Shown in pieces: positions 54,001 to 62,125 of a DNA stretch of 64,000 nt. Source of the stretch: a virus; the IMG/VR virus record IMGVR_UViG_3300007539_000009, positions 64,001 through 128,000 of that record; one strand, 5' to 3'. The translations under genes and the position numbers were made by a program. Each line of letters begins with the position of its first letter. Positions within the stretch are counted from its first letter, which is position 1. The notes below the pieces were generated by a model that had not been told where the DNA came from, did no database searches, and saw nothing but the letters and a program-made list of their open reading frames with translations.

Positions 54001-57000
54001 ACAGCGTCATCAACTTCATCCTTAGTCCAGGCAATCTTGTTTGCCGGAGCCACGGTGTTGCCTTGATCGTCGTACTGATCTTGCGCATCCTGATCAGCAC
54101 CAAGAGGGCCACGAATCCAACGGTTAGGCGCAAGGCGAACCAGCGCGTGATCCCACTCACCCAGCACAGCGCAACGATGGAACTCAAGGCCCTGCCACTT
54201 AGTAGATGACGTTCCCTGATCGATCTTGAGCGGGTTATCGTTCGTGTTGACGTTGGAGTCCTTGAGCTTGAGCACCGACACTTTGCCCGGTGTTTTGATA
54301 GCTGCAGACTCACCTGCACGGATCTTCAGGTCGTAGAAGTGAACGTGCTGGTTAGCCGTCTGATAGTCGAAGAAGATCGACGCGTCAGCGCCAGGGTCTA
54401 TGACCACGGGCTCAGGCTCTGTAGCACCCGGCGTAGCCCGAATGATCAGGGGCTCTGTCGCAGTAGGCGTATGCAGTAGCTGCACCTCCCCCGGACCATT
54501 AGAGTCCGTGAACGAGATAGCACCGTAAGCACCTGCGTCAATCTCAATGACGTCAAGCGCGCCCTTTGACCCTGACTCCTGCAAGAACACAGGCGTGCCG
54601 TCGGCCAACCCATCAGCACCATTGAGCACGCCTACTTGCCGCAACGCAGCAGCAAGCGGCTCTGTCGACGCAGTCTCCGTTGCGTCAGGTTCAGGAAGCA
54701 GGCGCTGCCACCCCGTCGGCGTCACCCGAATCGTGGCCGGGATGTCATCCTCTTCAGGGAAGGGGCCTTCCGGCACGCCGAACGGCACGACTGTCAGGTC
54801 TAGCTCGTTTGATGCGTACTGACCCGTGAACACTGCAATCTTGTAGTTAACAAGGTTCTGCAGCGCGAACGACGGCGCTACGAACGTGATAGTGCCCGGG
54901 TCGACGAACGTTGTGGGGAGCGGCACGCTACCGTTAGCAAACACAGCAACCTCGCCGTCGAAGAACGTCGTAGTCGACGCTGCGTTGATGCGAACAGTTG
55001 TATCTCCACTGAACTGCAGAATCTTGCTAGGCGACAACGACTCGATGGTCGGAGGCGGGTTCACCACCGACGCCTGTGTCGTAATCGTCACCGTCTCGTT
55101 AGGCGATAGCGACGGGCTACCTGCCCAAGTGGCTTCCAGCGTGTACAGCCCGGCGCGAGTGAACCCAACGTCTTGGGTGATAACACCGTTGGTGGTCGAC
55201 TTGAACACCTCGGACCCGCTCTCGAACGTGCCGCCGTTCGAGGTGGTACTGGCGATAGACAGCGTGATGCTGCCGGTCGCTTGAGAGTCAAGCACCGCCT
55301 GCCCCTCGAAGTCCGAATCGATGAGTTGCGACGTGATGCGGAATCCCTGGTTGTTACCTACTTCCGGCAACACGACGAGAGCGGTCAGATCAGACTCAAG
55401 CGTATCTGCGGCAAGCGGACTTGTTGCCGGGGACGGGGACGCCGATGATGGAGACACCGAGATGTACGCTACTCCACCGGACTGACCACCTCCCGGAGCA
55501 AAGTTGAGGATGCTGAACACATAAGTGCCAGCAGTGCTCAGCAATGCAGGGTCAGGGCTTGCGATAAATAGTGTCGGCGACTGGTACGTGCCCGGAATGG
55601 GGGTCGTACCGTTAACGATGACACGCGCAGACTCGTCAAACCCGGAGCCGAAGAGTGAGATCGATGACGGAGGGCTTGCGGTAGAACCAGTGCTAGGGGT
55701 GATGCTGAGCAGCGTCGGCACCGGGTTGTTCACTGTGATCGCCGCTGAGTCTTCAGTCAGCACTCCACTAGTGAACCTGACCTCATATGCTCCTCCCTCG
55801 TCGATGCGGAGATCATCGAAGATCGCAAGGCCACCGGTTGTTAGCTTTGAGGTTGTGCCGCTCAGTACGCCATCGAACGAGGTAGGCGCAAGCTGGGCAA
55901 CGATGGGGACGCCTGAGTCCTCATAGTCCGCATCGATGGTGCCTTCGTTTGTTTGCACCGATACCGCAACTGTGAACGTCTGGTTCTCGTTCAGCGACGA
56001 CTGCGGCTGTTGGTCTACAGACAACGAGATCGGCGGCGGATCAGGCGGATCGATAATCACTGACTCGCCTGTCACCAGCTGTGAGAAGGCAACGGCTACT
56101 TCCGCAAACGAGCCGACGCAGATGAAGCGCTCTACTGTGTAGCCTGCCGTGCTGACGCCGTCGGCCAGCAGCTCCTGCATCAGCAGCAGCGCGTTGAATT
56201 GACCGTACTTCTGCCCTACCGGGTTGAGCTGCCCTAAAGGAGGAAGAATCAGCGTCGACCGGACCGACGAGCTGATCACCTTATCGAGCGCGCAGATGCC
56301 TACAGCGCGCGTGCCTGTCTGGTTAGACAGGATCATGCCGCCGGGCAGGTCGCTCGGGAAGACCAGCTGATTCGCCGCAGAAAATCCTACTTCTGTAGGT
56401 CCGTCATCCCCGACAACCGGGAAGTATGTGTAGGCGCGTACAAACTCATCAGTCAGCGCCATGCTCAGCTGCGAGCGTGCCGAGCCGTCGCGGTTGGTGA
56501 GCTCGGGTGTGATGGTGCCGCGAACTCGAATGATTGACGGGTTGCCGAGGTAGTCGACTTCGACGTGCTTGTCGACACGGGCTGCACTGATAGTCAGCGA
56601 CGCACCCTGATACGAGAACGGCACGAGATACGGCATGTACACGTCCGTGCGAGCCGCCTTCTCGCCGAATTGAGAGAAGACTAGCGGTGTATCGCTGGGC
56701 TGCGTATACACCTGCAGCAGGTTGCCGCCCTCATTGACGAGGTAGCTGCCGGTGCGGTCAACGCCGCTAAACCCATACTGAGCCCCACGAGCTTTGGTCA
56801 GCGAGTTCAGTACGTTGACGCCATCCCAAGTGAGATCTGAGATAGCCCCACCAAACTCAGCCTCGAAAGTCAGCGTAGCCCGAGCGCCAACCAACGTCTG
56901 GTCACTGGCCAGCGTGCTGTGCGATACACCGTCAGGGTCAGGATCCGTCGGCTGGAGGAACCCGTCGTAGTGGTCTGAGTTGTCGAGATCGATCGACGCC

Positions 57001-60000
57001 TCTACTGCTTTCGCCCCACCGTTGAGCCGTTGCCAACCCTTCAGGCCGGAGTACGTCAGCCAGTAGTCAGGAGCAACGTAGGTGACAGCACCGGCAATGA
57101 ACTGGCCTGTGATCTCTGTCTCAGCACCGGGTCCTTCAATGTCGAAGTCCTCGTTGAAGACGACGGCATCGTTGATGTCACCAATCGCTACTTTCGCGCC
57201 TTGCAGCAGCACGATGCCTTCGCGGTCCACCGTGTGCACGTCGTACTCGCGAGGCCACAAGTCCTGCACGATGCCGTCGACGCGCCAGTCTTCTGTGAGC
57301 CCTGATCCGACCTTGGTAGCGGAGAAGCCGTTGCCTGAGTAGTCGGGGATCGTAAGGCCCCAGCCACGCCAGAAGTGGTAGACAGCCGTAAGACCGTCGG
57401 TCACTAGCGGAGATCCAGTGGTAGCCTCGACCCCGATGTTATGAATCGGCCGGGGAATGCTGAAGCTAGTCTCCAACGCTTCCGGGTTGAAAGCGTTGGT
57501 GAGCGTGATACTTGGCTGCTGAATAGCGCCGCCGACGCTGAACACGGGGCTGCCGGAAGCTACGCCGCCTATCCACAGGTCTTCGCCTGTGACATCGTTC
57601 ACCGTCAGGTCCGCTACAGGCGTATCAGGGCTAGGCGAACCGACGCCCCACAGCTCGCCATTGACGACGATCTCAGTGCGGTACCGATTGCCCAGGTCCC
57701 GATACTGGGCTGTGATCTCAAACCACTCGTTGACCGGCAGGGTGTACGTAGTAGACGCCGGCGTGATGATGGCGGTGCCATCACCGAACGGATCAGGCTC
57801 CTCGGGGGAATACTCCGGATCGTTAGGCGAGAAGAACGGGTTAGGGAAGACGTAGCTGCCGGGCGAGCCAGGATCCGGGCTAACGAACAGCCCTGACGCA
57901 CCTACCTCGAAGTACGGACGAACAACGCCTTCCTCGAGCACGTTTAGCCCGAGAGTAATCGGACCGTACGAGAAGATGACCGGCGTCTCTCCGCCAACGT
58001 AGCTGCCAGAGTTGATCTTCAGCCAAGTGCGGAACGCAAACTCCGACCCACTTGAGTAGTCAAGCGTGTTGGCGGCAGGCAATAGAGCATTAGTGACTCC
58101 TGTGTTCGCCACCTGCAGCCGGCGATCACCTGTGAGCTCAATAGCCTTACCCGTGCGGTACCCTTGGCCTGAGTCAGCGATCCAGTAGTTGCTGGGCGAC
58201 TCGTACCTAACCGCAAGGTTGCCAAGCCCGCGCTTCTCCGAGTAGCGACGAGCAAAGACTGACGACTGGTTGAGGAACTGATCGTCCCCAACGAGGTAGT
58301 GCACGCCCGGAGCGAGCGTAGCCGGAGGTTCAGTGAGCTGCGACGCTACCTCAGGGCCAAACGAATACAGGTACGGCGTGTACAACCAGCCATCACTGTC
58401 CGTCTGGTCGTTGAACTCGGCCTGAGCAATAAACGACTCACCTGCCAGCAGCGTGTTAGCCAGCGGGTTGTCGGATTGCAGCGATAAGCTCGGGCTGCCT
58501 TCGACGAGCGTAGCTGTGGTCGTATCGGCCAGCGCGCTGTTATCAGCAACCTCGTCCTCAAACGCCTCAGTGAAGACAATAGGCTGCGTCTCCGCCGGAC
58601 GGATTCGATCCAAGAACACAGCTACGTCTTCGAGCTGTGCCTGTTCCGTTGCCAGTCCCCATCGCAGCTTGACAGCGAAAACGTGATGCTTGAACACGTT
58701 CGCAAGCTGGGTGTTCAGCAGCTGGATGTTCTCGCCGACTGCTTGCGCCTGCGTCGGATCAAGCGCCTCATCTAAGTACAGGAACTGGTCGAGTGTGCGC
58801 GTCTGACGAGCCCAAACGGTGTACTCCGTTACCGAAGGTGCGAGAATACCACCGCCGTACCCGTACTGCCCGTACTGCCCGTCGCCATAGCCAATTGGGA
58901 AGGCACCGATAGTCTCAGAGTCAAACGTGACGCGTAGCGTGTGCGCATCTACGACCTCTACTACTCGTCCGTACTGCGTCGCTGCGGCTGACGACGGCAG
59001 CGTGAGGTAAGACTGCGCAGCCACCTCCTGAACCTGGACTGCTCCCACAACAGGGGACAGATCAGGCGAACTAGGAGCAGCCTTACCAGTAGGCCAGACG
59101 CAAGTGATGAGACTGCCCGAGCCAGTCGGGCTACTATTGTCGACAGCAAATGCCTCATCAAGCTCGTTCTGCCACGCAAGCGGCGCATTGACTAGCCCGA
59201 GTAGCGTGCTAAAGCCGCTCGGACTGTCGAGCAGGTTCTCGATAACAAACGGAGGCACGCTCGCAGTTGTGATGCTGAGCGAGCCGGCCGGGAACCCAGC
59301 TGTGACCGTAGAGTCGTACGACAGGTGCGTGACGTCGACGGCGCCTGTGTTAGTGGGCAGGAACGCACTCTGCTGCGCCTGCTCGAGCGTAGCAAAGCTG
59401 GTGATGCCCAGCTTGATGAGATCCCCAGCCCACACTTCTTGCTCAAAGAAGTTGACGCTGAAATCAGTCAACAGCCCAGTAGCGTTATTGAACGTAGCAA
59501 CCGTGCTCGTGAAGTTGGACGGCGTGCGCACGTCCAATCGCTTAGCGAACTGGTAATCGTCAGAGAACTGCTCAGCAAAGAACGCGAGCAGTCCAACGTC
59601 AGCAAGCTCGTCCCGATCGTACACCGTCACCAGGTCATTGACGGCGTAGAACTTAGACATCTCCTGCGGTGCGCGCAGCACACGCAGCGGCTGCTCCGGA
59701 AGCAGCGGCACTACGAAAGTAGCAGTACCGTCAGACGGTTGAACAGTCAGCCCCTGCCCTGTTGTGGTATCGACAATACCAGCGGCCGTACCTGCTTGAT
59801 CCAAGAAGGCGGATCCCAGCAGGATGCTTCCGTAGTTCTGGATCGCACTCTTAGTGGACGCACCACGGTACGCCGCGTACAGCGACGCAGTGAGCCCACG
59901 GTACTCCGCGCTCGAGTCGCGAACCAGGTCAATAGGCTCGCCCCACACCTGGGCGATGGTCTGCTCATCAACGTCCGTCTCGAAGAACCAACCTTCCTCG

Positions 60001-62003
60001 AGCCGCACGTCTGCGTACAGGAGAGTCTCATCTTCCTGCACTACCAGGTCAAAGTCACCCGCAGGTCCGTTGAGCTCGGTGTCCCACTGCGTGACGCCAT
60101 CACGGATGATGGCAACGTTGGTGATCTGTCCGCGGTAGCCGTAGTCGATGTCAACGCGCACCGGCAGGCTGTGCAGATACGCCTTTGAGTCGATGGCCGC
60201 GTTGATAGTGACCGTCAGGCCCGGAGTCAGCGCATTGTCAAACTGCACGAACTGGTCGGAGACGATCGTGAACTCTTCGGGGTCTGTGAAGACAAACCCG
60301 TCACGGAAGATCTGTACCGGATACTTGTCGCGGTCAAAGCTATCATCCAGCTTGACCGTGAACTGCTCCAGGATCGTCGGAGGGATTGTGATCTCACCGA
60401 AGATGTGCCGGTGGTTGTCTTGGGTCTCTTGGTCGACGTAGTAGATGTCGACGATGGCGCCAACCGGCAGCACTTCCGCGAACTGGATAGTGCGGCTGTC
60501 AGTGAACGTGTAACTAGCCGGCTCAACCAGCGTGGAGTCGTAGTCGAACTCTGTGTCGTCTACGAACACCTGGATGGGGAACTGCTCTTTGGGCTCGTCT
60601 GCTGCGTCGAGGGCAAAGGGCCGAGTGATCGGAACAGCCACTGTGTCGGTGGCCTCGTCAAGCACCTCACGATAGCTAGCATGGCTATGCGCTTCGACAA
60701 TCGGCGCGACCAGCTTGAACGTGACACCGTTGTTTGGGGCCCGATCGAACCCTAGAGTGGTGGCGGTCAGTGACGGGTTGAGGATGTTAGTGCCGAGATA
60801 CAGCACCTCTACCTGATCCGGGTCCACCGTCCGCTCGAGTTGAATCTTGCGGGTCGGCTTCGATACCTCAACTGTCTGAACGCCTCGTGCGTCCTTGATC
60901 CGTACTCGAGCGCCGCCGTGGAACGAATTCCCTCCGAGCAACGACAGCTCGGTAGCGGTGACGTTGACAAACTCAGCACCGAGGCGGAACCCTACGCGCA
61001 CGTCTGCTGCGACCACGGTGACGCCTGAAGTGACCGACAGCGTCAGTGTCTGACCGGCAGCCGGCAGCTCTTTGAACAGCAGCGTGTCGTCAGACAGTCG
61101 TAGCTGCAGCAGGTTGCCGGCACCGATACCGCCGAGCGGCTTCTGGGTGATGATAGGTGCCGTCGGGTCGCTGTAGTCAATGTCTAGCAGCGACAGCGCG
61201 TTGAACGACTCCAGAAACAGCTGAGCATCGACCGGGTCGTAGGTGATCGCGGTGCCATCAACTTGCGGTGTGTAGCTGGTCGTAGTGCCGTTGCTCAGCC
61301 CCTGAACGATCTGCTGATCACGGAACGCGTAAACAGAGATGCGCTCAATCTCAGCCGCAGGCGTCCACTCCTGCGACGTGTTCTCGGTCGATTGCTGGGG
61401 CTGCTCGCCCGGTGCACCCGCTCCGAGGTTACCGCTGTTGTTGACGTTGGAGCTCGCACTGCCAACAAACTCCCCGGCCAGGAACTTGGCGAACTTACCA
61501 ACAGGGTTGCCGTTTGCGTCCACTGACGCATCGAACACCAACGTCGTGCCTTGAACTAGCTCTCCGCTATCCACCCACGGCTCGAGCGAGCACGTGTACA
61601 CGTAAGTGGGCACCGCCCGTCCATCCAGCAGGACTTGTACCCGACCCTTGAGGGCGTGGTCAGGTATGCGAACGCGGTAGAGCTCGGTTACAGAGCTGTC
61701 CGCGTTGATGGTCTGATCAGCGACAGGCCAGTCCTGGAAAGTCTGCCAGTGAGCATGCGGTACCTGCAGAGACTGCCAGTTGCCAAGCTCCTGGAATACC
61801 AGAGGGTAAAACGTCTGGACAGGAACAGTCGACAGGTCACGCGCGGCATCAAGCTGAAACAGCTTCGCGTAGTCACTGTCTTGGGCGCGGATCCACGCCT
61901 CGTAAATCGCTGTGAGCTCGGGTCGATTCGCGTAGAAGTCGCGGTAGATCGACGGGAGGTAGTCGAACAGCGGGTTGGGATCGAAGGTCTTGTCGTCAGC
62001 CAC
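51093..62003 (-). CDS. Giant (3636 aa) baseplate-wedge-like fusion protein with LamG, IPT/TIG and beta-helix-like domains
   Basis: Directly downstream of baseplate J-like gene; FLDRIRPAETQPI wedge-type motif; LamG-like FRTWLKI...WFEITAQY...WIGG; two IPT-like repeats; beta-helix-like IENNNI/FRNNT/IEGNII repeats. Confidence 0.75.
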   Translation of the reverse strand: MADDKTFDPNPLFDYLPSIYRDFYANRPELTAIYEAWIRAQDSDYAKLFQLDAARDLSTVPVQTFYPLVFQELGNWQSLQVPHAHWQTFQDWPVADQTINADSSVTELYRVRIPDHALKGRVQVLLDGRAVPTYVYTCSLEPWVDSGELVQGTTLVFDASVDANGNPVGKFAKFLAGEFVGSASSNVNNSGNLGAGAPGEQPQQSTENTSQEWTPAAEIERISVYAFRDQQIVQGLSNGTTTSYTPQVDGTAITYDPVDAQLFLESFNALSLLDIDYSDPTAPIITQKPLGGIGAGNLLQLRLSDDTLLFKELPAAGQTLTLSVTSGVTVVAADVRVGFRLGAEFVNVTATELSLLGGNSFHGGARVRIKDARGVQTVEVSKPTRKIQLERTVDPDQVEVLYLGTNILNPSLTATTLGFDRAPNNGVTFKLVAPIVEAHSHASYREVLDEATDTVAVPITRPFALDAADEPKEQFPIQVFVDDTEFDYDSTLVEPASYTFTDSRTIQFAEVLPVGAIVDIYYVDQETQDNHRHIFGEITIPPTILEQFTVKLDDSFDRDKYPVQIFRDGFVFTDPEEFTIVSDQFVQFDNALTPGLTVTINAAIDSKAYLHSLPVRVDIDYGYRGQITNVAIIRDGVTQWDTELNGPAGDFDLVVQEDETLLYADVRLEEGWFFETDVDEQTIAQVWGEPIDLVRDSSAEYRGLTASLYAAYRGASTKSAIQNYGSILLGSAFLDQAGTAAGIVDTTTGQGLTVQPSDGTATFVVPLLPEQPLRVLRAPQEMSKFYAVNDLVTVYDRDELADVGLLAFFAEQFSDDYQFAKRLDVRTPSNFTSTVATFNNATGLLTDFSVNFFEQEVWAGDLIKLGITSFATLEQAQQSAFLPTNTGAVDVTHLSYDSTVTAGFPAGSLSITTASVPPFVIENLLDSPSGFSTLLGLVNAPLAWQNELDEAFAVDNSSPTGSGSLITCVWPTGKAAPSSPDLSPVVGAVQVQEVAAQSYLTLPSSAAATQYGRVVEVVDAHTLRVTFDSETIGAFPIGYGDGQYGQYGYGGGILAPSVTEYTVWARQTRTLDQFLYLDEALDPTQAQAVGENIQLLNTQLANVFKHHVFAVKLRWGLATEQAQLEDVAVFLDRIRPAETQPIVFTEAFEDEVADNSALADTTTATLVEGSPSLSLQSDNPLANTLLAGESFIAQAEFNDQTDSDGWLYTPYLYSFGPEVASQLTEPPATLAPGVHYLVGDDQFLNQSSVFARRYSEKRGLGNLAVRYESPSNYWIADSGQGYRTGKAIELTGDRRLQVANTGVTNALLPAANTLDYSSGSEFAFRTWLKINSGSYVGGETPVIFSYGPITLGLNVLEEGVVRPYFEVGASGLFVSPDPGSPGSYVFPNPFFSPNDPEYSPEEPDPFGDGTAIITPASTTYTLPVNEWFEITAQYRDLGNRYRTEIVVNGELWGVGSPSPDTPVADLTVNDVTGEDLWIGGVASGSPVFSVGGAIQQPSITLTNAFNPEALETSFSIPRPIHNIGVEATTGSPLVTDGLTAVYHFWRGWGLTIPDYSGNGFSATKVGSGLTEDWRVDGIVQDLWPREYDVHTVDREGIVLLQGAKVAIGDINDAVVFNEDFDIEGPGAETEITGQFIAGAVTYVAPDYWLTYSGLKGWQRLNGGAKAVEASIDLDNSDHYDGFLQPTDPDPDGVSHSTLASDQTLVGARATLTFEAEFGGAISDLTWDGVNVLNSLTKARGAQYGFSGVDRTGSYLVNEGGNLLQVYTQPSDTPLVFSQFGEKAARTDVYMPYLVPFSYQGASLTISAARVDKHVEVDYLGNPSIIRVRGTITPELTNRDGSARSQLSMALTDEFVRAYTYFPVVGDDGPTEVGFSAANQLVFPSDLPGGMILSNQTGTRAVGICALDKVISSSVRSTLILPPLGQLNPVGQKYGQFNALLLMQELLADGVSTAGYTVERFICVGSFAEVAVAFSQLVTGESVIIDPPDPPPISLSVDQQPQSSLNENQTFTVAVSVQTNEGTIDADYEDSGVPIVAQLAPTSFDGVLSGTTSKLTTGGLAIFDDLRIDEGGAYEVRFTSGVLTEDSAAITVNNPVPTLLSITPSTGSTASPPSSISLFGSGFDESARVIVNGTTPIPGTYQSPTLFIASPDPALLSTAGTYVFSILNFAPGGGQSGGVAYISVSPSSASPSPATSPLAADTLESDLTALVVLPEVGNNQGFRITSQLIDSDFEGQAVLDSQATGSITLSIASTTSNGGTFESGSEVFKSTTNGVITQDVGFTRAGLYTLEATWAGSPSLSPNETVTITTQASVVNPPPTIESLSPSKILQFSGDTTVRINAASTTTFFDGEVAVFANGSVPLPTTFVDPGTITFVAPSFALQNLVNYKIAVFTGQYASNELDLTVVPFGVPEGPFPEEDDIPATIRVTPTGWQRLLPEPDATETASTEPLAAALRQVGVLNGADGLADGTPVFLQESGSKGALDVIEIDAGAYGAISFTDSNGPGEVQLLHTPTATEPLIIRATPGATEPEPVVIDPGADASIFFDYQTANQHVHFYDLKIRAGESAAIKTPGKVSVLKLKDSNVNTNDNPLKIDQGTSSTKWQGLEFHRCAVLGEWDHALVRLAPNRWIRGPLGADQDAQDQYDDQGNTVAPANKIAWTKDEVDDAVAFDVSLLPMSRTRPNAFVFGFAPPTATAGVSNVNDPKYYVNNSLYTAPDEVFWSGYGDPDPDTYDNAPGNPLRRTATVRYIGGGGFGSTGVINFLTSAGNQQLTFGNTITLPVGGGMLLARITSASVAAIYNLDVVFDDPQLPDGRARRLLNLEFRDGVTYPVATQAVLVAKHSDVWVFPRDAAYNTAFGANRLSTEVFSTVIKFTDDDGVVDLDSSTIGTVSITVADSTPLVAGNQWEVIAATPGEDPAAWTVRGGLLATQLRLEVTADSIAAVTSAFSGKFGAPITLRFTPSNPAINPVDVPFYIYAYGGPESFPTQSFNDGIYPGAATEADVYYPNYSHATVLNAVVGNTQDGEDFFEVDDNRPPLRVGSGDQPGGPFFPGWPGDPSHPNYDETVADLYPDPSNVPNLVYGGGRESLWGVTARNVWDFVWSGGSVVNIAQRHGIELRNVGGDETLVEFSTIRLCGRSGVRVLSRLTGNQFGPPDRDLLTAPGTISSDTGGPSWGTLLITDNVIRDTGLSHAESAVDISGHQYGQVRIENNNIRLGYNLNLSHLRYMCGNGVDVNDGPQFTFRNNTAYYEHWPVYLTDRDGVPLISYQDIVEGVMAFGPTDPSAPLPTEFQNLINTWPVLPGSDVHPVTGGSQTFYPPVFDGTFAPELVGSTAYGVFDIRGGNQQVGNLNIEGNIIRINDIENLAPTSGVANGTGAWSVDVPARNRSFAAVSNPGVGEAVGSSGDRVRADLLYRYRSTWPFIDPRFSLTALMVAGCRVARIVGNTLASSSQLVELDPVRLDANINGSGDVAKEEYLSSRIYLLIAADNVFEAVTSGAYTSNLLSGLVDYGVPSADDTLTSLEITAAFQDSNFNTIGPGDTTVGLLIINMPATYSGSILVRGTIPLPAGLKYSDTSPLKIKHPVTGEALTTQWEPVSYYPDGEMMAVVELMAMVDPTGIPVNSDNQATFEVVATVAG

Positions 62004-62067
62004 GGAGCACCTGGACGGCGGTAAACGTCTTTCCCATTGTTAGCTAAAGCTGTCTGTAGAAGCAGCG

Positions 62068-62092
62068 AGGCGGCCCATAACTTGAGCCGCCT
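62068..62092 (-). terminator. Intergenic hairpin, weak U-tract (attenuator or terminator)
   Basis: AGGCGGCUC [AAGUUAU] GGGCCGCCU between the two baseplate genes. Confidence 0.45.
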
Positions 62093-62125
62093 GCACACTA
62101 CTAGATGGTGGTGGGGATCACCAGC

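Noticed and set aside
51900-54720. Host assignment from the beta-helix region
   Set aside because: The resemblance to particular bacterial proteins is only from memory and cannot support a host call without a search.
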